Below are positions 19,085 through 28,818 of a DNA stretch of 64,000 nt, one piece after another. The DNA lies in contig JAJRWA010000082.1 of NCBI GenBank assembly GCA_024277025.1, forward strand, positions 13,169 to 77,168. The letters are read 5' to 3'. Position 1 is the first letter of the stretch; each line of letters opens with the position of its first letter. The translations under genes were made by a program, and so were the position numbers. This stretch comes from Candidatus Krumholzibacteriota bacterium. GTDB lineage: Bacteria; Krumholzibacteriota; Krumholzibacteriia; LZORAL124-64-63. Below the pieces are notes generated by a model, which saw only the letters and a program-made list of their open reading frames with translations, made no database searches and was not told the origin of the DNA.

Positions 19085-20746
19085 GTGAAGCCAGTGCCTC
19101 CCCTCGGATTCCATGTCCAGCACGCCGGATCGCGGGCCGCGATCGTCGTGGCGCTGTGCCTGGCCGGGCTCGGGGGCTGTGGCGACCGCGGTGGATCGGG
19201 CACGGGGGACCTGGCGCAGGAGACGGCCGGATCGGTGCCGGGGGGGACGGCGGTGATCGCCTTGTCGTCGGAACCGGATGTCCTCAATCCCCTGATTTCC
19301 GCCTCGACGATTGCCGGCCGGGTGATGGCCGAAATACACGAGGGTCTGACCGAAATGGACGACTCGCTGGCGTATGTACCGCGCATCGCCAGCCGCTGGG
19401 AAATCGATCCGGACCGTCGGGCCATCACCTATTTCATGCGGCGGTGGCGCTGGTCGGATGGCCAGCCCCTGACGGCATTTGATGTGGCGGGCTCGTTCGA
19501 CATCTTTGTCGATCCCGTGGTCGCCAGCACGCGGCGCGGGCGGCTGCGCGAGGTCAGCAGCGCCGTGGCCCTGGATTCGTTAACCGTGCGCTACACCTTC
19601 ACGCGCCCCCAGGCCGAGCCTCTGCCGCGCTCATGGCACCACATCCTGCCGCTGCACGTGGTCGGCGACCTGGACCGGGCCGATGTCGCCTCGTGGCCGA
19701 TCAACGACCACCCGCTCTCTTCGGGCCCGTTCCAACTTGAATCCTGGGACCACAACCGCCAGCTGACAATGGTGCGGAATCCGCTGTACCCCGGCACGCC
19801 CGCCTTGCTCGAGCGGGTCGTTTTTCGGATCCTGCCGGAGGCAAGTACGCGGCTGGTGGCGCTTGAAACCGGCGAGGTCGATCTGGTCAATGGCCTGGAC
19901 CCCATCGCGGCCCGCCGCCTGGCTGACGGAGGGGCGGTCCGGATCGTCTCGAATGGCGGCCGCAGTTTCTACTTCGTCAGTTGGAATCTGCGCAACCCGA
20001 TCTTTGCCGATGCCGGGACCCGGCGTGCCCTCGGGCTGGCGTTCGACCGCCAGCGGATGGTGGACAACTTGTTGGAAGGCTATGGCCAACCTGCGATTGG
20101 CCCCATTCCGCCGGTCATGTGGAATCACCATGTCCTGTTGGCGCCGGTGCGGCAGGACCTGGCGCAGGCCGGGGCGCTGTTGGCGGCCGCAGGCTGGCGC
20201 GACGACGACGGTGACGGCGTGCTGGAGCGGGACGGGCTCAGGTTCGAGTTCGAGATGATCACCAAACAGGGCGATCCGGTCCGCGAGAATGGGGCGGTGA
20301 TCCTGCGCAGCAACCTGGCCGGGATCGGCGTGAAGGTCAATCTGCGGGTGATGGAGCTGTCGGCGGGCATCGCCCAGGTCAGGGCCGGGCGTTTTGACGC
20401 CTATTTCGGGCTGCAGAATGCCAACCTGTTCGGGAACCCGGCCGGCAATGTCCGCTCGGACGCGACGGACCAGTTCAACTTCGGTGCCTACGCCAACGCC
20501 GAGGTGGACTCATTGCTGGACGTGGCGACCGGACTGCTGAGCAGGGAGGACGCCCTGCCGGTGTGGCTGCGCCTGCAGGAAGTGTTGGCCGACGACCCGC
20601 CGGCCGCCTACCTGATGTACCCGGACAATCTGGTCGGGGTCAGCCGGCGTCTCCGGAATGTCAAACCGAGCCTTCTGTCCCCCTTCAACAACCTGGCGGA
20701 GTGGTGGGTCCCGGCAAGCGAGCGTATCTACCGTACCGGCAAGTAA
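19085..20746 (+). CDS. ABC transporter substrate-binding protein, family 5 (OppA/DppA/NikA-like), probable lipoprotein
   Basis: SBP_bac_5 features (AVIALSSEPDVLNP ... RIASRWEIDPD ... full-length ~550 aa) and a lipobox-like LAGLGGC. The start is uncertain. An in-frame GTG at 19085 gives a plausible signal peptide. Confidence 0.65.
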   Translation: MKPVPPLGFHVQHAGSRAAIVVALCLAGLGGCGDRGGSGTGDLAQETAGSVPGGTAVIALSSEPDVLNPLISASTIAGRVMAEIHEGLTEMDDSLAYVPRIASRWEIDPDRRAITYFMRRWRWSDGQPLTAFDVAGSFDIFVDPVVASTRRGRLREVSSAVALDSLTVRYTFTRPQAEPLPRSWHHILPLHVVGDLDRADVASWPINDHPLSSGPFQLESWDHNRQLTMVRNPLYPGTPALLERVVFRILPEASTRLVALETGEVDLVNGLDPIAARRLADGGAVRIVSNGGRSFYFVSWNLRNPIFADAGTRRALGLAFDRQRMVDNLLEGYGQPAIGPIPPVMWNHHVLLAPVRQDLAQAGALLAAAGWRDDDGDGVLERDGLRFEFEMITKQGDPVRENGAVILRSNLAGIGVKVNLRVMELSAGIAQVRAGRFDAYFGLQNANLFGNPAGNVRSDATDQFNFGAYANAEVDSLLDVATGLLSREDALPVWLRLQEVLADDPPAAYLMYPDNLVGVSRRLRNVKPSLLSPFNNLAEWWVPASERIYRTGK

Positions 20747-20815
20747 TACCCGACTGAGAATCAAGTCAGGCGCGGCCATTGTGCAATGGTCCGCGTATTC
20801 GTAAATTGGAGTATC

Positions 20816-22420
20816 ATGAAGAGCTTCAACGGCGGAAAAAAATGCCTTGTTTGGCCCATCTGGCTGGGGATTGCCGCGCTGTGCGCCGTCCTGGTCGGCG
20901 GTGGCTGCAGTGGTTCCACCGACCCCGGCGACGGGGGCGAGACGATTACGATCTCCTTCAATCCGGTGGCGCAGGGGCAAGAGGTGGATCTGGGCGCCAC
21001 GCTGGGTTTTTCAGTGACCGCGCCCAAGGCTGCGGTCCTGAACGTCAACTGGTGGCGCAATGGCATCGTTGACCGGCGGGGGACGGAGTACACCTACGTG
21101 CCGGCGGTGCCCGGCGTCGACACCCTGCGGGCCCAGGCGGAAGCCGACGGAGTGACGGATTCGTATTTTTGGGTGATCAACGTGAAATCGACGGGCAATT
21201 CTCTGCCGCCCGCGGTGCCTGCTGTCGCGGCCGGACCGGGACCGGCGCCGGGGGATGTTCTGGTTTCATGGATGCGGGCCGGACCGTCGGCCTATCCCGT
21301 CGTGGCCTATCAGGTGGCCATCAGCTACACCGGCGTGATCACCGAGGCGAACTGGGCTTCGGCCCGGATGGTCCGCGAGGTGCCGAACGAGGTCGGGCGG
21401 GTGGGCTACGAGGAAAACCTCACCGTTGCCGGCGAGCAGATGGTGCCGGGGGCCGATGCCTGGTTTGCCGTGCGGGCCCTGGATGAGATCGGGCAGATGT
21501 CACCGGTGGCGACCAACGGCTTCACGACCATCACCACCGGCTGGTGGTTGAACGGCGTGGTCCGGGATGACCGGGACGCGCTGCTGGTGGGCGCGACGGT
21601 GCGCAGTGCCGATCCGGACCTGAGCACCAACACGGACGTCAATGGCCTGTTCTCCCTGGGGCCGTTTCGCAGCATTGATCGGGCCGTCCTGACAACCGCG
21701 ACCAGCAACGCGGCGATCAGCGGCTGGTTCGATTTCCAGTCCGGCGAAATCGACAGCGTCAGCGGCCGCGACTACGAGATCGTGCTGATCCGACGGTACG
21801 TCCTGGACGCCGAGTGCGATTTGTACGGCGGCCAGTTCCTGAATTACCTGCGGGTTATGACCCGTACGGAATTTGATGTGACCGACCCGGCCAACACGGT
21901 ACTGCACCGGTGGGACACCTACCCGTTGCGCGCCTATGTGCCGGACCTGGTCAACAGTACCGGCGTGGATTTCGGCGAGGCGGCCCGGTTCGCCATGGCC
22001 TACTGGGATTCGGTGATGGGTGAAGCCTATTTTGCCGCTGCGACGGACGAAGCGGCGGCCGAGGTCGTGTTCGTGTTCGATGACTCGCGGCCGAATTTCA
22101 ACGGGCAGGTGAGTTTGCTGGAACCGTCCGGCCCGGACATCAATCTCGGGGACGTGGTGCCGGAAAAAGTCGAATCATACCTGAACACGACTATCGCCAC
22201 GCAGAAGTTCGCCCGCGAGGTCGCCCTGCACGAATTGGGGCACGTGCTGGGACTGCTGAGCCACTCCGCCTGCCGGCAGTCCGGCTACCTGATGGTCGCC
22301 GGGGCCAGTGGCAATCTGAGCAATCCCGACCCGATTCATCCGGACGAACAGAATGCCGCCCGGTGTGTGAGGCGGCTGCCCCGCGAAGTGGATATGGCCG
22401 GCTATTCGGTCAGCAGGTAG
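20816..22420 (+). CDS. Predicted lipoprotein with a C-terminal metzincin-type zinc-protease motif (HExxHxxGxxH)
   Basis: Signal peptide plus lipobox (AALCAVLVGGGCSG), an Ig/FN3-like N-terminal region, and a C-terminal HELGHVLGLLSH that exactly fits the metzincin HExxHxxGxxH signature. Confidence 0.55.
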   Translation: MKSFNGGKKCLVWPIWLGIAALCAVLVGGGCSGSTDPGDGGETITISFNPVAQGQEVDLGATLGFSVTAPKAAVLNVNWWRNGIVDRRGTEYTYVPAVPGVDTLRAQAEADGVTDSYFWVINVKSTGNSLPPAVPAVAAGPGPAPGDVLVSWMRAGPSAYPVVAYQVAISYTGVITEANWASARMVREVPNEVGRVGYEENLTVAGEQMVPGADAWFAVRALDEIGQMSPVATNGFTTITTGWWLNGVVRDDRDALLVGATVRSADPDLSTNTDVNGLFSLGPFRSIDRAVLTTATSNAAISGWFDFQSGEIDSVSGRDYEIVLIRRYVLDAECDLYGGQFLNYLRVMTRTEFDVTDPANTVLHRWDTYPLRAYVPDLVNSTGVDFGEAARFAMAYWDSVMGEAYFAAATDEAAAEVVFVFDDSRPNFNGQVSLLEPSGPDINLGDVVPEKVESYLNTTIATQKFAREVALHELGHVLGLLSHSACRQSGYLMVAGASGNLSNPDPIHPDEQNAARCVRRLPREVDMAGYSVSR

Positions 22421-22496
22421 GGCGAGGGAGTGCCCGTCGGGCGACAGGTCCGGCACCACCGTGTCGTTGGGGCTTGCCGGTGACCATTTCGGCAGC

Positions 22497-22841
22497 TCAG
22501 CCGGGCGGCCAACCCAGTGAGCGTCCCCCCAGAATGTGCAGATGCAGGTGCCCTACCGTCTGGCCGCCGTCGTTGCCGCAGTTGATGACGAAGCGGTAGC
22601 CCGCAGCTGCCAGACCCTCGTCCGCGGCGATCTCGGTGGCGCGCAGGATCATTTCTCCGGCCAGGGCCGCGTGGGCCTCCTTCAGTTCGGCCAGACTGCC
22701 GATATGAGCCCGTGGGATCAACAGGATATGGGTCGGTGCCTGGGGGGAGATGTCGCGAAAGGCCAGCAGGTTCTCGTCGCTGTACATCTCGTCACATGGT
22801 AGTTTCCCGTTGACGACGTCGCAGAATAGGCAGGAGCTCAT
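22497..22841 (-). CDS. HIT-family (histidine triad) nucleotide hydrolase
   Basis: Diagnostic HLHLHILGG histidine triad. Start taken at the MSSCLFCD methionine, because the longer track ORF adds a non-homologous extension. Confidence 0.75.
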   Translation of the reverse strand: MSSCLFCDVVNGKLPCDEMYSDENLLAFRDISPQAPTHILLIPRAHIGSLAELKEAHAALAGEMILRATEIAADEGLAAAGYRFVINCGNDGGQTVGHLHLHILGGRSLGWPPG

Positions 22842-22929
22842 GGCAGCCTCCGCAGGGGGCAGGATGGGTTGGGCCGGACGAAACCGGATCCTAGCATAGG
22901 GGCGGGACACGGACAAGAACGGGGAGCTG

Positions 22930-23877
22930 ATGGGGACACCGGTACGAGTGCTGGTCTTGGGCTACAACGCGTGGGACGTGAGCCTGCCCGTCGCACGGAT
23001 GCCCAGGCAGGACCAGAAGTGCGAAGTTGCGGCCATCAGGTTCGGCGGCGGCGGTCCCGGGGCGACAGCAGCGATCGCCCTGTCCCGACTCGGCGCCCGA
23101 GTCAAACTTGTCACTGTCATGGGCGATGACCTGCCCGCAGCCTGGCAGCGGCACGAACTGCTGGCGGCGGGAGTCGAGCTCGGGGACTGCCCGACGGTGC
23201 CCAACAGCGAGACACCCAAGGCCGTTATACTCGTGCAGCCGGTCAGCGGCGAGCGAACCATTTTCTGGTCGCGTGGAGCTCTGCCTCGGCTGGATCCCGC
23301 CACGGTGGATCGTGACTGGCTTGATGATCAGGACCTCTTCTACACCGATGGGCACGAAACAGCGGCGGCGGTGGTGCTGGCGCGGGAGGCCAGCCGCCGG
23401 AGCCTGCCTGTGGTCATGGATGCCGGGTCGGTGCGGCCGGGGTCTGCGGCGCTGGTCGCTGAAGTGACGGATGCGATTTCATCGGCGGGCTTCGCGCCGC
23501 AACTGACCAAGTGCCAGGACCTGCCGGGTGCGCTGCGGGCGCTGCGTCGGTTGGGGCCGCAGCGGGTCGGAATGACTTTCGGCGAGAAGGGCGCGCTCGC
23601 TCTGGTGAACGACCGGATTCGGCACGTGGCCGCGTTCGAGGTGGCGGCGGTCGACACCACCGGAGCCGGTGATGCTTTTCACGCCGGCTACGCGTGGGCC
23701 AGGGCCGACGGCCGGGGATTCCTGGATTGCCTGGAGTTCGGCAGCGCGGTCGCGGCTCTGAAGTGCACGGCCTGGGGCGGTCGGCAGGGGCTGCCTGATT
23801 TGGCGGCTGTGGAGACCATGCTACGGACGGGCTCGCGGCGGCCGGTGCCCCTTGATTTCGCAGGGCTGTTGGCTTGA
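22930..23877 (+). CDS. PfkB-family carbohydrate/nucleoside kinase (ribokinase-like)
   Basis: C-terminal PfkB signature DTTGAGDAFHAGYA and an N-terminal glycine-rich sugar-binding region (GGGGPGATAAIA). Confidence 0.7.
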   Translation: MGTPVRVLVLGYNAWDVSLPVARMPRQDQKCEVAAIRFGGGGPGATAAIALSRLGARVKLVTVMGDDLPAAWQRHELLAAGVELGDCPTVPNSETPKAVILVQPVSGERTIFWSRGALPRLDPATVDRDWLDDQDLFYTDGHETAAAVVLAREASRRSLPVVMDAGSVRPGSAALVAEVTDAISSAGFAPQLTKCQDLPGALRALRRLGPQRVGMTFGEKGALALVNDRIRHVAAFEVAAVDTTGAGDAFHAGYAWARADGRGFLDCLEFGSAVAALKCTAWGGRQGLPDLAAVETMLRTGSRRPVPLDFAGLLA

Positions 23878-23978
23878 GCCGCGGAAGTTCGTGGTATTTT
23901 CGTTGGACTTTCGCTGAAGTTTCGGGTACGGTGCGCCCATGTCGGCAACAGGGCCGGTATGCAGCGCAGGAGGCCGAA

Positions 23979-24590
23979 ATGGGACTGACCCCGCGACAGG
24001 CGGAAATCCTGAAGTACATCACCGAATACAATGAAGCGCAGGGTTATGCGCCGACTCTGCAGGAGATCGGCGACCGCTTCGGGCTATCCTCGGTGGCGAC
24101 CGTGCACAAGCATGTGGGCAATCTGGTGGAGAAGGGCTATCTCAAGCGGAATCGCCGCAACGCGAGCCGGGACATGGCCGTCGTTGGGCAAAGCGACGGC
24201 TTCGGGGCCATGGCGGCCATCCCGTTGCTGGGCACGGTGGCTGCGGGTATGCCCATCGAAGCGCTCGAGGACCGGGAAGAAATCAATCTGCCGGAAGAGT
24301 GGCTGGGCAAGGGGCGCACTTTTGCGTTGCGCGTCCGCGGCGACTCGATGATCGAAGAGCAGATCCGCGACGGGGACACAGTGGTGGTCGAGGCCCGGGA
24401 GACCGCGCGCAACGGCGAAACCGTCATCGCCCTGGTGGACGGCGACTCGGTTACGGTCAAACAGTATTACCGCGAGGGCGGGCAGATTCGCCTGCAGCCG
24501 GCCAATCCCGCAGTGCCGGTGCTGACTGTGGCCGAGGAGCGGGTCCGGGTGCAAGGCGTCGTGATCGGAGTTCTGCGCCGATTCAACTAG
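23979..24590 (+). CDS. lexA: LexA repressor (SOS regulator, S24 peptidase)
   Basis: N-terminal wHTH (LTPRQAEILKYITEYNEAQGYAPTLQEIGDRFGLSSVATVHKHV), an Ala-Gly cleavage site (VAAGMPIEA) and S24 catalytic Ser/Lys contexts (RGDSMIEE ... VKQYYRE). Confidence 0.85.
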   Translation: MGLTPRQAEILKYITEYNEAQGYAPTLQEIGDRFGLSSVATVHKHVGNLVEKGYLKRNRRNASRDMAVVGQSDGFGAMAAIPLLGTVAAGMPIEALEDREEINLPEEWLGKGRTFALRVRGDSMIEEQIRDGDTVVVEARETARNGETVIALVDGDSVTVKQYYREGGQIRLQPANPAVPVLTVAEERVRVQGVVIGVLRRFN

Positions 24591-24639
24591 TCACTGCAGC
24601 ATTCGTGAAGCGACGGCAGGCGACCCGGTGGGTCGTGTG

Positions 24640-24668
24640 TTGACGCTGGCAGGGCATCAGGGTAGCAT
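24640..24668 (+). promoter_or_regulatory. Candidate sigma70-type promoter for the hsp20 gene
   Basis: TTGACG (24640-24645), a 17-nt spacer, then TAGCAT (24663-24668), about 70 nt upstream of the hsp20 ATG. The inverted repeat CAGGGC...GCCCTG spans the spacer and -10. Confidence 0.35.
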
Positions 24669-24740
24669 GACGCCCTGTCGTGTATTAACCTTTCGAGACT
24701 GGCACGTCAATCCGGCCGCAACGCGAAAAAAGGGCTGACC

Positions 24741-25175
24741 ATGAGCAAACGGGACCGCACGGGAGAACTGGAAGAGATATTCGAGATCCTCGTGACATCC
24801 TATGCCCAGAAAGGCGGCGTCATCCCGGGCGAAAGCGATCTGAGCTGGAAGCCGGCCACCGACGCCTACGAGACCGAGGACGCGTTCATCGTGCAGATGG
24901 ATCTGGCCGGGATGGATCCTACCCGTATCGAAGTGCTGGCGGACGAGAAGACCCTGGTGGTGCGCGGTGTGCGCCAGGATTCGTCCGGCAAGGGCAAGAA
25001 GCATTTTCACAAGATGGAAATCAATGTGGGCCCCTTCGCCCGGCGGGTGCCGCTGGTGGTGGAGGTGGACCCGGCGACGGCCACGGCGCGGTACCGCAGC
25101 GGGTTCCTCTACGTGACGTTCCGCAAGGGGAACAGCCGGGACGAGAAGCAGCGGCAGATAACCATCACCCGCTGA
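24741..25175 (+). CDS. Hsp20/alpha-crystallin family small heat-shock protein
   Basis: Alpha-crystallin domain layout (WKPATDAYETEDAFIVQMDLAGMD...LVVRG...GFLYVTF). Confidence 0.75.
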   Translation: MSKRDRTGELEEIFEILVTSYAQKGGVIPGESDLSWKPATDAYETEDAFIVQMDLAGMDPTRIEVLADEKTLVVRGVRQDSSGKGKKHFHKMEINVGPFARRVPLVVEVDPATATARYRSGFLYVTFRKGNSRDEKQRQITITR

Positions 25176-25253
25176 GCAGATCATGATCGCCTCACGGACG
25201 GACCGCGGGATCGCTGATCCCGGCAATGGAAATTCTGGAAGGAGCTGGACCAC

Positions 25254-27635
25254 ATGGCGGACAACGAGCGGGAGCTTATGGATCTGGACCACGCGGGGGA
25301 GATCCACCTGCCCAGTGACATGCCCATTCTGCCCATCAGCGAGGCGGTGATTTTTCCGGCCATGATGGTGCCGCTGGTGTTGAGCGACACGAACCTCGTC
25401 CGCCTGGCCGACGACTGTCTGGCGGGAGACAAGATTCTCGGGGCCTTCTCGCAGCGGGAACTGCTCAGCGACGAGGAAGATGATATCGATGACCGCGACC
25501 TGATCTATCGGGTCGGTACGGCGGTGAAGATCCAGAAGATGCTGCGATTTCCCGACGGCAGCATGCGGTTGCTGGGCCAGGGAATCGCCCGTTGCCGGAT
25601 CGAGGATTTCCTGAGCGATGACCCGTATATGCGGGCCCGTATTTCCCTGATCGACGAGGATATCCAGGACGACAGCCGGACCCTGGCCTATATGCGGGGC
25701 GTGGCCAACAATTTCCTGAAGATCGTCGACGCCAGCGAGACCCTCTCGGACGAGTTGAAGGTCGTGGTGATGAATATCGACGATCCGGGCCGGCTGGCCG
25801 ATCTGATCGCCACCAACCTGGATGTGGATGTTGCCGAGAAACAGCAGATTCTGGAAGAGCGCGCCCCGCGCAAGCGCCTGCAACTGCTGTCGAAAATCGT
25901 CATGCGCGAACTGGACGTGCTCGAGCTGGGGCAGAAGCTTCAGACCCGGGTGCGCAAGTCCATCGACAAGGACCAGCGCGAGTATTACCTGCGTCAGCAG
26001 TTGAAAGCCATCCAGCGCGAGCTGGGGGACGTGGAAGAGGGCTCGGTCGAGCTGGATGATCTGCGCGAGCGGATCGATGAAGCCGAGCTGCCCGAAAAGG
26101 TCCTGGCCGCGGCCAACCGGGAATACGACCGGCTGCAGCGCATGTCCCCGGGCGCCAGCGAGTACACCGTCAGCAAGACCTACCTGGACTGGATCCTGGA
26201 CCTGCCCTGGAACGAGAGCAGCGAGGACAAGCTCAACCTGAAGAAGGCCCAGGAGATTCTTGAGCGCGACCACTACGGGCTGGAAGACGTCAAGGAACGC
26301 ATCATCGAGTATCTGGCCGTGCGCAAGCTGAAGGACAACCACCGGGGACCGATCCTGTGCCTGGTCGGACCGCCCGGCGTGGGCAAGACATCCCTGGGCC
26401 GCAGCATCGCCGAAGCGGTGGGGCGTGAGTTTTTCCGGTTCTCACTCGGTGGCATGCGTGACGAGGCGGAGATCCGCGGGCACCGGCGCACCTACGTCGG
26501 CTCCATGCCGGGCCGGATCATTGCCGGGCTGAAGGAGTGCGGCACCAATAATCCGGTCTTCATGCTGGATGAAATCGACCAGCTGGGCCAGGACTTCCGT
26601 GGTGATCCGGCCAGCGCGTTGCTCGAGGTGCTGGATCCGGAGCAGAATTCCAGCTTCACCGACCACTACCTGACCATGCCGTTCGACCTGTCGAAGGTGA
26701 TGTTCATCACGACGGCCAACATGCTGGACACGATACCGCGTCCGCTGCTGGACCGGATGGAGATCATCCAGCTTTCGGGGTACACCAACCTGGAGAAGCA
26801 GCAGATCGCCAAGCGCTACCTGGTGCCGCGGCAGATCGAGGCCAACGGACTGACCGGCAAGTATATCCGGATCACCGACGCGGGCCTGATGAAAATCATC
26901 GAAGACCACACGCGTGAGGCGGGCGTGCGCAACCTCGAACGGGAGATCGGGGGCGTGTGCCGCAAGGTCGCGACCGCAGTGGCCAAAGGGAAGAAGAAAC
27001 GCCACACGATCGGCGCCAACAACCTGGAGGACTACCTCGGGCCACCCAGCTATTCGGGCCAGAGACTGCGGCGCCACCTGAAGGTCGGCGTCTGTACCGG
27101 CCTGGCCTGGACCCAGGTGGGGGGCAAGATTCTCTACATCGAGGGGCTGAGCCTGCCCGGTGGCCGGGGCGCGCTGAAACTGACCGGACAGGTCGGCAGC
27201 GTGATGCAGGAGTCCGCGGCGGCGGCCTACAGCTACCTGCGCAACCGCTTCGGTGGGCACAAGGACTACGCCGAGTTCTTCAGCAAGCGGGACATCCACA
27301 TCCACCTGCCGGCCGGGGCGGTGCCCAAGGACGGGCCGAGCGCCGGTATCGCCATGGCCAGCGTGCTGCTTTCGCTGATGGTCAACAAGGCCATCGACCG
27401 GCGCACGGCCATGACCGGCGAGATCACTTTGACCGGTGCCGTGCTGCCGATCGGCGGCTTGACCGAGAAGGTCCTGGCGGCGCACCGGGTGGGTATCAAA
27501 CGGATCATCCTGCCGGCCACCAACGAGGTTGATCTGGACGAGATTCCGGACGAGGTGAGGGATGACATCGAGTTCATTCCGGTCAGCCACGTGGACGAGG
27601 TCTGGGACACCATCCTGCCCGGCGTACTGGCCTAG
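25254..27635 (+). CDS. lon: ATP-dependent protease Lon (La)
   Basis: 793 aa. Lon N-domain, AAA+ module (GPPGVGKTS, Walker B MLDEIDQLG) and a protease domain with the PKDGPSAGIAM catalytic Ser context. Confidence 0.9.
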   Translation: MADNERELMDLDHAGEIHLPSDMPILPISEAVIFPAMMVPLVLSDTNLVRLADDCLAGDKILGAFSQRELLSDEEDDIDDRDLIYRVGTAVKIQKMLRFPDGSMRLLGQGIARCRIEDFLSDDPYMRARISLIDEDIQDDSRTLAYMRGVANNFLKIVDASETLSDELKVVVMNIDDPGRLADLIATNLDVDVAEKQQILEERAPRKRLQLLSKIVMRELDVLELGQKLQTRVRKSIDKDQREYYLRQQLKAIQRELGDVEEGSVELDDLRERIDEAELPEKVLAAANREYDRLQRMSPGASEYTVSKTYLDWILDLPWNESSEDKLNLKKAQEILERDHYGLEDVKERIIEYLAVRKLKDNHRGPILCLVGPPGVGKTSLGRSIAEAVGREFFRFSLGGMRDEAEIRGHRRTYVGSMPGRIIAGLKECGTNNPVFMLDEIDQLGQDFRGDPASALLEVLDPEQNSSFTDHYLTMPFDLSKVMFITTANMLDTIPRPLLDRMEIIQLSGYTNLEKQQIAKRYLVPRQIEANGLTGKYIRITDAGLMKIIEDHTREAGVRNLEREIGGVCRKVATAVAKGKKKRHTIGANNLEDYLGPPSYSGQRLRRHLKVGVCTGLAWTQVGGKILYIEGLSLPGGRGALKLTGQVGSVMQESAAAAYSYLRNRFGGHKDYAEFFSKRDIHIHLPAGAVPKDGPSAGIAMASVLLSLMVNKAIDRRTAMTGEITLTGAVLPIGGLTEKVLAAHRVGIKRIILPATNEVDLDEIPDEVRDDIEFIPVSHVDEVWDTILPGVLA

Positions 27636-27644
27636 GAGAGCGTT

Positions 27645-28814
27645 TTGGCGGACCACAAGATCATCAGTTCGCTCATGCGGCCTTTCTTTCGCAAAGGAAC
27701 GGAAGCTTCGTTCATGGTGCCGGGTGTCCTGCGCGAGGACTCCCGCATTCTGTGCATCGATCCGGGCGATCTGAGTGACGTCCTGTTTCATATCCCGTTG
27801 CTGACGGCTATCCGGCGCCGGTACCCCGGTTCGAAAATGGATTTCCTCCTGCCGGAGAAACACGCGCCGCTGATTGTGCCGAGCGGGCTGGCGCGGCAGT
27901 GCATCATCTACAAGGACAGGCAACTGAACCCCTGGCGGCCGGATTTCAGTTCGCTGTTGCGCAAACTCGGTGCGGGCAACTACGACGTGGCCCTGGTCAT
28001 GTCGTACCAGCCGCAGCCGCGCCTGGAGTTGGCTGCCCTGGCCAGCGGCGCCGGTTTCCGCTACGGACCCAGCCACAAGGATGCCTGGCCGGCCATCAAC
28101 TTCGAGATGCGTGCTGGCGCCGAGACGCCGGGGTACCGGGGTGATCGTCTGCGGCGGGCCGCCCCGTTCCTGGGCTTCGCACCCGAGGAACTGAACGCGC
28201 GCTGGCCGCTGCCCATGGACAAGGTCCGGCAGATGGCCCAGCAGGTGCACTTCCACAAACCCAATCCCGATCAGATGCTCATCGGCGTGGATCCCGGGGT
28301 CGGCAAGACAGGGCATGCCTTTGCCCTGGAGAACCTGCAGTTCCTGGTGCGTCAGTTGGCCAGTCAGTTCGTCTGCAAGGTGCTGCCGCTGGGCGACCCC
28401 CATGACCGCGAACGTCTGGAGAAGTTCGAGACCAGGCTGTCGGAAGTACCGGTGGGCCTGGAGCGGGAGACGCTGCTGGAGATGATCCTGCTGCTTTCCC
28501 AGTGCGACCTTTTCGTCAGCGGCAATACCGATTTCTTCCATTTTGCGGTGGCCCTCGGCGTGCCCACGATCGGGCTTTTCAGCCAGCGGGACGGCTCGGA
28601 GTGGCTGCCGGGCGACCGGTCGCGCGTGAAGGTGCTGAAGGTGACCAAGGGCGAGAAGGTGGATATCGAGACCCTGATGGAAGCGGTCGAGGCGGTGACC
28701 GAGGGGCGCACCAGTACGGCGTCCACGGCGCTGGCCGTCGAGACGACGCCGGCCGTGACGGTTGACGACGGGCCGGCCGGCCCGGTGGACGATTCCGTCG
28801 CCGGGCGTGAGTAG
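27645..28814 (+). CDS. Glycosyltransferase family 9 (LPS heptosyltransferase-like) with a C-terminal low-complexity tail
   Basis: GT9 fold hallmarks (ILCIDPGDLSDVLFHIPLL ... GVDPGVGKTGHAF ... FVSGNTDFFHFAVALGVPTIGLF). Confidence 0.65.
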   Translation: MADHKIISSLMRPFFRKGTEASFMVPGVLREDSRILCIDPGDLSDVLFHIPLLTAIRRRYPGSKMDFLLPEKHAPLIVPSGLARQCIIYKDRQLNPWRPDFSSLLRKLGAGNYDVALVMSYQPQPRLELAALASGAGFRYGPSHKDAWPAINFEMRAGAETPGYRGDRLRRAAPFLGFAPEELNARWPLPMDKVRQMAQQVHFHKPNPDQMLIGVDPGVGKTGHAFALENLQFLVRQLASQFVCKVLPLGDPHDRERLEKFETRLSEVPVGLERETLLEMILLLSQCDLFVSGNTDFFHFAVALGVPTIGLFSQRDGSEWLPGDRSRVKVLKVTKGEKVDIETLMEAVEAVTEGRTSTASTALAVETTPAVTVDDGPAGPVDDSVAGRE

Positions 28815-28818
28815 CGCC

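Noticed and set aside
23897-23920. Alpha-proteobacterial-type LexA box as a firm feature
   Set aside because: It is a single-mismatch match to a short degenerate motif, in an organism that is probably not an alphaproteobacterium. It is kept only as a low-confidence remark under the lexA finding, not as an annotated site.
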